Source: Takakia lepidozioides
Lineage: Eukaryota; Plantae; Bryophyta
DNA: 64,000 nucleotides
Assembly (NCBI GenBank): GCA_030704615.1
Contig: CM060733.1
Location: forward strand, 45,942,001-46,006,000
Reading direction: 5' to 3'
The position numbers and the translations under genes are program-made. Within the stretch, counting starts at the first letter, position 1, and the number at the start of each line of letters is the position of its first letter. The notes beneath the pieces are model-generated. The model had not been told where the DNA came from. It did not search any database and saw nothing but the letters and a program-made list of their open reading frames with translations. This document shows positions 38,124 to 50,000 of the stretch, one piece after another.

Positions 38124-39071
38124 CTTGCCACTCACTGTTGTTGTCAGGTCGTAGCTTTTCGGGTGGAATGCCTGAGCTATCAGGTTTAAAGTAGGGGCGG
38201 AGACCGAGGCTGGTTCTCCCTCGTTTTCTGGGGATTCCTTGTAATCTACTCTCCTGGTGAATTGTTGTAGGAATCCTCTTTGTTCAGCTTCTTAGTAAGC
38301 GCGGCCAAAATCTGTACTCTGGAGTTTGTAGATCCTATTTGCACACTCAAGATTCCCCTCAAAGGATACATCTTAGAGGTACTGAACCTTCTGTGCACTT
38401 TCATGGAAGTAGTCTTCAATCGTACGCAGAAGGCAGGCAATAAAGGTCCCCAACACAGATGCCCCATCGATGTGTGGGATTGCCGTGATGAATGCTAGGT
38501 GTAAATTGCACTGTACCCGAAAGAGGGGTACTCACTCAAGATACGTGTGATAGGATTTGTCTTGCATGTGGTACCGCATTCACTCACATGTCCACGGGTC
38601 AAACATAATCTAGTTCCAAGCCCATAGCAAAACTTGTGTACTATGTTACAGGTCACTGTTTGGAGTCAAAGGCATAAAGCCTCAAGCCTCTAGTCCAGTA
38701 CCCCTCTTACATGCCAATGTCTCAGTCGCAAGCCGCCAGGCCTTGAGGGGATGGCAAACTATTAAATTTCCACCAACTTCACCAGGGGTTATTGTGTAAA
38801 ACCTGATGGTATTCTGCATACTACTGAGGTGGATGGTTAGGGTCTGTGCAGGGTCCTGGGAGTGTCTCAAGCAGGGCAAGTGAAGAAACAAGCTGATGGG
38901 ATTTCTTGAAGTGTCCTGCTGCATGGAGCTTTGTTAGCCGGGAGATGGTATGGCTCTACCTGACAAGGAACTATGGTGGGTAGTTCCAGCTTGAACTGAC
39001 TGCCGAGGGGAATGACGTGCAGGGGTGAAATTTAAAGACATCTGGCTAAGGGATTATTGTAAGGGATTTCC

Positions 39072-40619
39072 ATGGACAGGCTGGTGGCTTTGGACACGGA
39101 TGAAATCAGGTTTGTATTTGCACTGGGACAGCGAGCTCTATTCACAGTGCAGGTTCGGAACGTCATGCACACAATGCCAGTGGCTTTCAAAGTGCAGACT
39201 ACAGCTCCCAGGAAGTTTGGAGTGAGACCCCACATTGGCATCATCCCACCTCTTGGGATCACACACTTTGAGGTCACAATGCATCCTCAGAATGAAGTCC
39301 CCGAAGTTTTTCCTATGAGCCATGACAAATTCCTAGTCAAGACAATGATCGTTCCAGGGGATACACCCTCTGAAAGTACGCTCAACGATTGGTTCGCTAC
39401 AAAGAAGAAGCAGCTGTTTGTAGATGGGAAACTTCGTGTAGTATACATAGGGGGTGAAATTCTCCGGCTGTCTGTTGCCAAAGGCTCACTAGATTCTGTC
39501 CAGGAGGTGATTGCCAGGGGTACAAATGTTAATAGCAAGGATGACCAGGAGCGTACGGCACTTGGTATTGCCGCCGTATGTGGCGACCCACATATTGTGC
39601 AAGAATTGCTTCAGGCTGGGGCAACAGTGGATGATCCGAGTGGGGCTGGACTGACTCCAGTTCAGGAAGCTGCATTTGCTGGTCATAGCCAGGTAGTTGC
39701 GCTCTTGTTGAGGGCTAGGGCAGACCCCACAGGGAAGACCCACCCACGTGGCTGGACTGCGCTTCATCTTGCAGCCTCTCGGAACAGAGTGGAGGTGATG
39801 AAGCTGCTACTGAATGCTGGTGCCAATAAGAATGCCCTGGACAAGGATTTACGAACCCCTTTGCATGTGGCAGTCACTGAGGGGCATGTCAAATCAGCGC
39901 TGCTCTTGCTGCAGCAGGGTGCTAACCAGAATGCTAAAAGTGGTGATGGTCGCACTCCCTTGCATTGTGCTGCAGCCCATGGTCACCTATCACTTGTGGA
40001 GCTCTTGCTGGACTGGGGTGCCATTAAGGAGGTGAGAGCCTCGAATGGGAAGACCCCATTTGAGCTTGCTGTGGAGAGAGGGCAAAACCACATGTTGGAT
40101 CTGCTGTTACAGGGGCAATTGCTTCATAAGGCTGCCGGTGAGGGGAACATACATGCAGTGCTACGCTACCTCAAGCAAGGGGCTCTTGTGAATGGTCGTG
40201 ACCAGCATGGCTTCACTGCTCTTCACCGGGCAGCATTCAAAGGACATGTCAGAGTTGTCACAGCTCTCGTGGATCATGGGGCTGATATTGATGGTCGCGA
40301 TGGAGAAGGATATGCAACTCTCCACTGTGCCGCAATCTCTGGCCACAAGGAGGTGGTACAACTGCTGTTAAAACGAGGAGCGGATGTGAATGCCAAGTGC
40401 AAGAAGGGCTCAACACCATTACATGTAGCTGCTGGCATGAATTATGGAGGCATAGTGCGGCTGCTGTTAGAGACAGGTGCCAATAAGGACTGCCAAGCTA
40501 GGGATGGGAGGACTGCCTTCGACTTAGCGCTGGAAGTGGGCAACTGTGATCTCCTCTCAGCACTCAAGCCACAGCTCGTTTCTGATCCTCTTCTTCCTAA
40601 AATGATAACTGCTTGCTAG
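39072..40619 (+). CDS. VPY: VAPYRIN (MSP/VAP domain plus ankyrin repeats), 515 aa, single coding exon
   Basis: MDRLV start, NVMHTMPVAF, GIIPPL and DWFATKKKQLFVD match the VAPYRIN MSP domain, followed by about 10 ankyrin repeats (GWTALHLAA, GRTPLHCAA, GFTALHRAAFKG). Confidence 0.92.
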   Translation: MDRLVALDTDEIRFVFALGQRALFTVQVRNVMHTMPVAFKVQTTAPRKFGVRPHIGIIPPLGITHFEVTMHPQNEVPEVFPMSHDKFLVKTMIVPGDTPSESTLNDWFATKKKQLFVDGKLRVVYIGGEILRLSVAKGSLDSVQEVIARGTNVNSKDDQERTALGIAAVCGDPHIVQELLQAGATVDDPSGAGLTPVQEAAFAGHSQVVALLLRARADPTGKTHPRGWTALHLAASRNRVEVMKLLLNAGANKNALDKDLRTPLHVAVTEGHVKSALLLLQQGANQNAKSGDGRTPLHCAAAHGHLSLVELLLDWGAIKEVRASNGKTPFELAVERGQNHMLDLLLQGQLLHKAAGEGNIHAVLRYLKQGALVNGRDQHGFTALHRAAFKGHVRVVTALVDHGADIDGRDGEGYATLHCAAISGHKEVVQLLLKRGADVNAKCKKGSTPLHVAAGMNYGGIVRLLLETGANKDCQARDGRTAFDLALEVGNCDLLSALKPQLVSDPLLPKMITAC

Positions 40620-43138
40620 CATTTACTGTGTTGCATTCTAGTGAGGGTGGCATCTGTATATCTGTAAATTGTTCAAACTACCTGTATTCATGGATCGTAG
40701 GAGCCAAAAAGCAAGGGAGGGTTGTTAGGAGCTATCAATTGTAATAGTCAGGAGAAATATAAAACTTTGAGATGCCCCTACTGACTAAAGCATGGTGTTG
40801 TGTTGTCAATCTATATCCTCTCGACCTCTTTGGTTGTGGCTTTTACGCCGTCCTGAGTGTTCTAGGGTGTGTGAGGCTGTGGCTGTTCCATACCAAGATA
40901 CTCAACAAACAATAATGATTTATTGGGGAAAAAGACTTCGCCTGCTGTATTGAAGTTTGTTCACTGGAAAGAGTAAACCAGTGGAATAGCCAAAGGCTAC
41001 ACTCGATCACAAGGGAGAGGCAGGTACAGAACCCGAGAGCAAGACTTCACATGACAACTTTGTTCTCCCCACAAGGAAAGAGATCAGTGTTATGTTCCCA
41101 AATTGTCAATCCAGCCTTGGCTCAAAGCAAACTGGGAGCTGATGAAATTGGGCAGAGCAATCTATACCTGCAAGTGCGCTGGATAGTTAGTGCCACGTCG
41201 GCCTACACACTGCTGTGGCATGCAAAGGAACCCTACAACAGGCTAGCATCTCAGGTGTACCTTGTGCTTGCAATGTTTAGCCCTTCTTTGCTTCTCCCTA
41301 TTTCAAACTTGTGATATTTGAACTGCATCCCAACTGTTGCAGCTGCTGCATGAGTGTGGGTATCATGTGGGCAAAAAATATACTAGTTTCAAAGTTTGTA
41401 GAATATACCAAAAATATCCTCCATCTACAACTGCCCTGTAATCCTGCAGAAGGCCCTTCATTTCTCAATTGGAATTGAGGAATGCCAAGAAGGAAGAAGG
41501 AAAGCCAGAACCCACAGCCATAACGGTGACCTGAGATAAACGGCAGCCTTAACCGTTTAGTACTCTTCTACTAACTGTCAAACTCCACCGTCAGCTCAAC
41601 ACATGCACGGCCGGGTAACGTTTTGAACTATCTTGATTTGACCTCTTCTTGGCACCGAGAGGTCTGTGCCCACTGTGGAGGAGGAGGAGAACCCAGTTGT
41701 CATTCCATTCTCTCTGGCTGTGTATGTTCAAGTTTTCGGACAATTAACAAAAGAAAGAGTTGTGGTGGAAGAGCTTCGTGGGTGTGTGTGTGCTGAGCGC
41801 GACCCGGTCTTGGTCGGAACCGGAGTTCCCGCCCGGTTCCGTTCGCCCCGGCACCCATATATGCCCCATACATCCATGGGTATGGATGGGTTCGCTCAAC
41901 TTCCCTCAACTTCCTCAAACCATTCCTGTTCCAAGATGTTATCCGTGCAAATCTGAATTTACAGTGATAGAATTCAGCCTTGGATTTGGGTTTGACGGAC
42001 ACACCAGCCAGCTTGAGTATCTATGTGGCGAGTCTGATAATTTCAGAGGACTGTGCTGCATGTTCGACTCTTAGGTGTTGCTGCCACTCTTCTCCCCCCG
42101 TGATGTCCTTCGAGGGCTCTGGCTCATCATATCATACAATTAGCCACGGTGTTATATCTGCATCTCCCTTCTGAAGGTGCCGATGCTTCTGAAGGTGTAG
42201 ATCATCTTTACTGATGTGTGCGAGAACATCAGCATCTGGTCCAAGCAAGTCTCAGGAGTGTGAGCATGTGGTATGATACACTCCAGGGCAATTGTTGGAG
42301 TGTGTCAAGCGAGTCGATAAAGTTTTACAGCGGATGTTGTGGACCGTATCGATTGCTTAGCTATTAATCCCATTGAAGGTAAGTGTCTGCTGTCCTCGTA
42401 CTTCTTTCTACTCCCATCTCAGAGAAAGAAGGGGAATTATGTTTTTGTATCTTCATGCGACATTTTATTCGGGAGATTCCTCAATTCAAACATTCTTGCA
42501 GTTTAGAGGGAACTGAATGGTTGTGAAGAAGTTGAGAACCTAAGTAGTGTGATTGAACTATGCGATCAGGCTCAAGCATACTTATTTTATGAAAGCATCC
42601 CAGAGCTGAAATTAGTTGGACAAAGCTTCCATTGAAGCATTATGTGTCTTTGGTGGCCTGCAGTCATTTCCTTAATGCACATGTTTCGTTTGTCAGAAGT
42701 CCACAATGTGTGCAGATCCCCTCTCGTTCCGTGTTTGACTCTATTTATCTCAATATTTTCCCTTGCGATCCATATCAAAGCACTGAGTGCACAAGTAGGC
42801 CGATGCTCTCGAGATAATTTTGCCAGAGGTTTTCTAATGGAAGTAAAATGTGTGGTAAAATATGTTCAAGCGTCATCTGTATTGAAACATTTCGAGTTTT
42901 GTCGTCAGGGCCCTTGTAATCTTAGCAGGAATGCAGCACGGGTGGGGTTTGCATGCATCGACATTGATCCCAACCTTTCCACCTCATGTTCCGTCTGTTC
43001 CCTTGGTGAGTGTCAAATCCAAGTGAATATTGGTCAAGTTCAAATTACTTTCTAAGGTTTAGGTGTGGCAGATGAAATTGTTGCCATCAAATGGCCTCAA
43101 AGTGTGACGATGGATCATGCCCAGCTTGCTCTCTGTTC

Positions 43139-43252
43139 ATTAATTGTGGTTTCTGGATTTGTTCCTCTCTCATGTTTTCTTCCATTCTGTCCCATAAGCT
43201 ACGAGCTTTCCACGGACATTATAAAGCACCATTTCATTTCATTTCATTTCAT
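43139..43252 (+). mobile_element. Short hairpin + (CATTT)n non-LTR 3'-end copy
   Basis: Near-identical to 57288-57402; GTCC..AAGCT-ACG-AGCTT..GGAC followed by four CATTT repeats. Confidence 0.9.
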
Positions 43253-46200
43253 TTTTTCTTTTGGACTGATGATTTTCACAGTTTTTGTTTTACCTACAAT
43301 TTAGTTTGTAGGACAGTTCGATCATCAAAAACTGACAGCCTCCACCGGATTTTCTGTCATTTGCTTTATGGTCAAGCTTCGTAGTGATGCACTACCTAAT
43401 TCGTATTCTACCTTTTTTCACACCGTTTGAATATATTGTTTTTGCTTTCCAGTTGGATCAAAAATCAACAAAACATGTTGTATGGTCGGCCTGTGTTCTG
43501 CGAAGCTGCTGTTGTGGTGGTCAATTCAACTTCCCCATGCAGTTATTAAAGCTCCCAACTATTGACCAACTCATGTAGTTCGCTGGTGGTACAGATAGCA
43601 ATCATCCTTAAGTCTTTCCTTTCTGTTTGGCTGAGGGTTTGACTGTTGAGAGGTGTTGCCCACTGAGTCTTACTAATAATGGGATGTTAGTATCAAAGCT
43701 TCAGCAGAGGGCGTGGTACGGTCGGCCGAAGAATTCAGAATCACCTGGGACCTCAAGGCTAGGAACGTAATGTGTTGATGTTGGTGTACTGTTAGGTTAG
43801 CCCTGTGCTTGGAAAATTTGGACCACAGAAGTTGACCTTTAATCCTCGACCTGGGAACTTCCTGCACTCAGCAAATTACTGATCAAGGGGCACCTGTTGT
43901 ATCATCGTGGTTTGTGTGGGGATGTGCCACCAAATGCACCTCACACAGGGTCCACTTTCAACGATGTGACCTTTACCATTTTTCATAGATCTCTAAATTG
44001 AGGGGATGGCACATAAGAGGTGGATCTCCCAAGGCTTTATCAATCCTATGTTCAATTTTCTCCAGAAGTGATATATTAGGGATCAAGGCTGACCATTTTT
44101 GTCTTCTTTTGTTTGGTACGTAATAAATTGGCATAACTGGGTATCATGATTGTTACCTGAACCAAGTGTGACCTTAGTTCTCAACACTGCATCAGTGCAT
44201 GGTCTCTTGTACTTCTATCCTTAACACTGACAATTTTGGACAGGTTTGGTGGGAACCACAGAGGGACAGTGCTCAAGAGCAATCTATCGACAACAGGGTG
44301 CAGCCATGGTGGGGGGCACGCATCCCGTCACTGGGAGAGAGGTGGCAGCCGTTGGGTGAGCTTGAAACACAGAGAGGAAACGCTGTCCAGACAGACAGGG
44401 ATAGGTTTTATCCCTCTCACATAGATTATGAATCATGGAGCGGGGGCATGCATGGCCCAACCAGGGAAAGAGGCTTGCCTGGGGAGGGGCCCAACATGGG
44501 TATTGCCAGGGGGCTAAATGGGAGGGGTCAGCAGGTTCAGAGTGGCAGGGGGGTTCAACAACACCCATATAACAGTAGAGTAGTGACATTACACTTAGCA
44601 AGGTTAGGGGAGCCCAGACTCAATTGGGTTCCGCAACAAACAGAAAATGGACAACCTTTTAAGGGCTTTGTCAGGGATTTGCCTGGGGCTGTGGTAAGGG
44701 GACACCAACGGGTGTGCCAGGCAGAGCTTGACCAACAAAGGCAGCGACTCAACAGGAATGAGTTCAAGGAAAAGGAGGATGGAGGGCAGGGTCCTTCTCA
44801 ACTTGTGCAACAGGATTATTGTGAGGAAGAGAAAAAGAAGTTCAAGCCCAAGTCTGCCTTCATGTAACTTTCTCCCTTCATGTATCTGACAGGGTGAATA
44901 TCTCATATGCAAGTTTTCTTGAGGAGCCCTAGTTTAACATGTATGTGACAAATGTCTGTCATGCATTTGTGATGTCTTCAGTGTTGATGGACCCTGTAAG
45001 CCATGGAGAAGTCAACTGATGTATGTGTGTCTTTGAATACTGGAATGGTGAATACCATAGGATTATAATTTGTGGGGGCCTTACAAAAGAATGTCTTCTG
45101 CCTCTGTGTCAATCAACTTCCTTAAATCTGTCTCTTACCACCAGGGCAGATCCCATCAGATATCAATATGTTTCATGAATGCACTGAGTCAGGAGGTCAA
45201 AAATGGATGGGTAGTGTCTGTCTTATGGCAAAGCCCAACAAATCTCATCTCATGTTTTGTTTATGGTCAGGCCTAATGGTAACAAGGAGAGGGCTACAAA
45301 CAGGACAGACCACAGGGCTCCAGAAGGTATGCACCCTCTGTTGCAGCCTGAGATTTTCTCCAGTTCTCAGTATTTCTGTTGGCTGACTAAAGGGTGTGAA
45401 CTTCTTCATTCAGGTTATCCTTGTGCTTTATTATGCCTCATAGTTTTTACATGCACCTTACCTGCACCATGGTTGTGTTGTCATGATATATGCAGGGATA
45501 CATGACCATCATGTCACTTAAGCTCATGGTCATTCCTTGGGTGTTTCTTTAAGGGGCTTATGGGATGGTGGGGCCAGGGTAGATGTTGTATGTTGGGAGT
45601 TCTTGAACACAACAGGGCAGACCATCCTTAGATGTGCCCCCAAGCTTGTCAAACAAAGGTTCAGTACTCCCCATTCGGTACAAGATGTTTTCAATTGGGT
45701 GATTCAGTAAGCATTATGAGCTTGATAAATACTGGAGCATGCGTGGATGATTTTCAAAGATAAATCCGAGTCGTTTGTTGCTGGGGGTGGAATACCAATT
45801 GGTCTGACGCTGTTGTCTGCTTCCAGGGGAATGGGGTCTGTCTGCTGATTCTGTGAGATCCGCTGGGTGTTTTGAGGCTTCACCCCAAGGGCCACGACTG
45901 CCCTGCTGTCCCGAGCAAGTACCTCCATTTCGTCCCAACCCATCATCACTACGTCCTGCAGCATCCAGGAGTAATTTTGACCAGCAGACTTGTGGACTCA
46001 AAGACTCTTTGGTTAAGTCTGGTCCGGAAATGGATAAAACTATGCACAGCTCCCACCAATCTCGTGGTTCTGAGAAGTCTATATTCACTCTTGGTCAGAT
46101 GCCAACTACTCGTGAGGTATCCCTTCACTTTTTGGACCGTCCTACAGGGGAATCTTCACACCGAGTGCAACGATCACTTTCTCCTCATCCTGTCCGGACA

Positions 46201-47073
46201 GTGGGCTCTCATGCAGAGGTGCTGTCTTGAGATCTTCTGTTGGTTGTGGGGAATTCTCAGGGTTAAAAGCTTAGAATTGATGCATTGGGTTTACTTTCAT
46301 CAAGCATCATATGTTTTTCTCTTGTAGTTTAACTGGGTCCCAGAGCCCCTCTGGGACTCCTGTGGATGTAAAGAATATTTCTTCTTCCTACACTAAAAGC
46401 ACTAGCCCAAACTTGGGTGATAAAAGTAGGAATCACTTACCAACCTGAGATTGGGGCCCTGGACAGGAGATGAAGGAGTATGAACTTTCACTCAGAGCTC
46501 TTTTTGATGACACTATTTGTGGGTATTCGGAGAAGCCACTTGAGCCAAACAGCTTTGTCAAGAGCGATGAATGCCCAGTTGCGCCACAGAGCAAGCAAGA
46601 TGATGTTTGTGTGGAAAGAGGCCCTGTAAGTTGCTATATCTAGTGAATGAGAAACATCACAAGGCTTTTCCAAATAATCTGAGTTTAGATGGTGGGCAGC
46701 TTAATCCTGCTCCAAAGAAGATGCTTTCCTCAATGGGCAAAAGTGTGGAAGGGATCTCAATGGGTGGTTATGGTCTCAAATATGGGCTGTATATTCCCAG
46801 ATCTACCTTCTCGCTACGACTTTCATAGTGAAACAGTGTGAGTGCCCATTGCTAGGGAATGGAAATATGTCTTAAAACTTGTACCATCAACTATTGGGTG
46901 TTCCAAAACCTACAGTCAGCACCGAGTCAGCAGGGGAAGTGGTGGGTCACCTGTACTCCTGGGCATTTTTTTGATGTGCCCTGATGCATTCAATGCAATG
47001 GACATAGATAGTGCTACACTGCACATGGCAATGATGATACTGACCACTTCTGTCTGGCTCCTTGTTTGTGCAG

Positions 47074-50000
47074 ACCACATCTATTGAATACTGTCAGCCA
47101 TTTGGTGAAGGTGGTGGGGAAGAGGAGGATGTGTCATATGCTAATGAAAACCTTGAGGAAAAGAATGGTACCTTACAGAATAAGAGGGCAGAGTCACCAT
47201 TGACAGCTCATAGGATGGAACAGGAGCATGTTAGTGAAAGTATTCTTGGCCACTCTGAAGGACAGGGAAGTTACATTGTGCAATGTTCTGACGGTGAACT
47301 TGGAAGTGCAGCCCATCATAGAGAAGAAGAGTTGACCATTTTAAGAAACGAAGTCAAGGGTGACCAAGAGGAGAAGACCAGAAAATTGATTGGTACCGCC
47401 CAAGGAGAGGATATGATACCAGTTTGTGAAAGTGAGGAGATTTTGTGTAATGTGGTGGGTATGAATATTGAAGGAGAGGGGAGAACCATGGCCAGAGTCC
47501 TATTTGGGGGAATGAAAAAGACTACAGATCAAAATTTGAAACAAGCAGCAGCTGAATTTGAGGATGTGGGGTTTCAGAAGGTAATTTCAACCAGCCACCT
47601 TGACAGGGTGGCTGGTTCAGAGTCTAGGGAAATATCTTCCCATTCTGTGCCCATCTCTCCAGCTCCTCCAGTAAATGTTGGCACCCCGGGCAGAGAAACA
47701 GTGGTTCAAAGTGAGGAAGATATTAGAAGAGGTAAAGAAGAAGAGATTATTACTACCATGGATGGTGCCCGATGCAGCTCTACGGATTTGAGTCATCTGT
47801 CTGAGTGTTTGGAGATCCAATCACAGCAAGCAACCAAGTTATTGGCAGCCCAGAATGGAAGTGGAGGAGGAACAGTGGTTCAAAGTGAGGAAGATATTAG
47901 AAGCTGTGCTCATAAAGTGGAAGGGACTATTACTACCATTGAAGGTGCCCGATGCAGCTTTACGGATTTGTGTGAGTGTTTGGAGGCCCAGTTGCACCAA
48001 GCAAGCAGCGTATTGGCAACTCAGAATGGAAGCAGAGGAGGTCAAGTCAATGGAGAGCTGAGAAGTGCCGGCAGTGATCTGGAGGACATCATCCCTGGCT
48101 GGGATAATGAAAGGAGTGGAAGGAGCTACGGAACTGTAAGCCAGAAGTCCGAGTGTTCACAGGTGCAGCCATGGCAAGCACCTATCAAGCCACATGATTC
48201 TGAAGATAGTGACGTCTTTGGATATAGAGGAGAAGCACTTAGACCCACTGATACAGATGCCATGGCTATCATGCATCGGAGCAGGTTGATCTCTGGCTCT
48301 CTGTGACTTCACCAACTTTCCACTCTATTTATTAGGTTGGACAGCTATTGTTCTTAGAGTCTGAGAATTTTCTCCCTCATGGAATCTGTAAGTGCAATGT
48401 TGACAGTAAATGAGGGTCTTTTTTGGTTGTCTTTCCTTCTCATTAACCTTAAGGACATGCCCATGCCTGCTAAAATCTCATATTGAAACCATGTTTATTC
48501 AAAGAGCAGGATGGCTTTTTGACCAACCAAACAACACTGACAATTGCAGTTGTAGAAGTAAACAGGAGCATAATCTCTCTGCTCATGGCTGAGGTATCTC
48601 CTTTGGTTTGAGCAGGCATGGCCTAGCTGTTTCCTTAATACAAAACCTGTCACCTAAGCTGGATCAGCCTTCCCAGGAAGGGTCTCCACAGTGGGCCCCC
48701 AAGTTTGGTGGAGCACTGGTTACGAGTGCTGCAGACCACGCCGGACATTCAGGCATGACAGAAGGCTTAGTGCCTGGAAACAGATGTGAGAGGGTCTTGG
48801 CGAGCGAGCAAGTCATGCCTTTCTCTTCCGGAACAGAAGCTTGCCAACAACATCAAGTACTGGGGGGACCCACCTATGCACAAGAGATGGGGCTTGAGAA
48901 AGCTGGGCATTTGGCAAGTGATGATAGCTGGTTACATGGAATTGAATTTGAGGGTGGAAGAAGCATCGAGAGCACAGCAGTTTCTTCCATGCAAGAGCCC
49001 CACCAGTTTAGTGAACAGGTCCTCAGCAGTGAATCGAAATCTACAAGGCAATACACATTGGGCCCAAAGGTTGTTGACGATAGCAGGGCTTTGGATGAGA
49101 GGTCTCATTGGCATGGTGCTCAGGATAGCAGGAGCTTGCAAAATATTGCATGCTCTTCCCCACCTGATAAGACACCTGAGCCCTGTCGATCACAACGTAG
49201 TCTTTACGAACAGAAGATTAATGTATTTGGAGAAATGCATGCACAAAGAGGTGGCTGTGGTGGACAGCTAGGGAGCTCTGACAGGTGGCTGCTTGGCGTA
49301 AAGGAGACTGAGGAAGGTACAGTTGTCTCTTCTACACGGAAGTTCTTCCAACCCAGTGAAGAAGCGGTTCTCGGTATACCTGCCAAAGCAGATGGAGACA
49401 TGGGCCATTGTGAGCACTTAACAGATAGGAATAGTGGGGCACACCTTGCGCTCAGTGGGAACGTGAAGGGGAGTGATCAAAATGTGTCCATCTCTTCCAG
49501 GCAACAGCCCAACCCCCAAAAGAGAGAAGAGGTCACATATGGTGAGCCCGACGTTCATGATTCTAGCTTGAAATTTCTTAGCGATGGCAGGCTTGCAGCA
49601 TTTTCTCATGGTGGGGGTCACATCAACGCTGATGGGGCAGTGAGTCCAAGTAAACAAATCAAGGACATCTGTCAAATGACACACAGCTTCCTGCAGCCTG
49701 TTGAAGAAGGGGTGAGGACTAATGAGCCACAAGCTGATGTGAATTTGAGCTTGAAGGTTGTTGGCTATTATGGAGACCTGGGAAGTGTCACTGCTTGGGT
49801 GTACCATGACGCCTATGGAGGCCTCAGCAGACCTTATTCTTTAGACCATTTGCGGAAAGGGTTAACAATGGGATTTTTGCCCAGTGGACTTTCAGTGTAT
49901 CATGTGCAATCAGGAGTGTATCATGGGCCATTTCCATTGAAGGTAGTCTGTGGGAATCGAGAGCCATTCTCTGCAGGTCAGGTTGATCAGTTGCAAGAGC

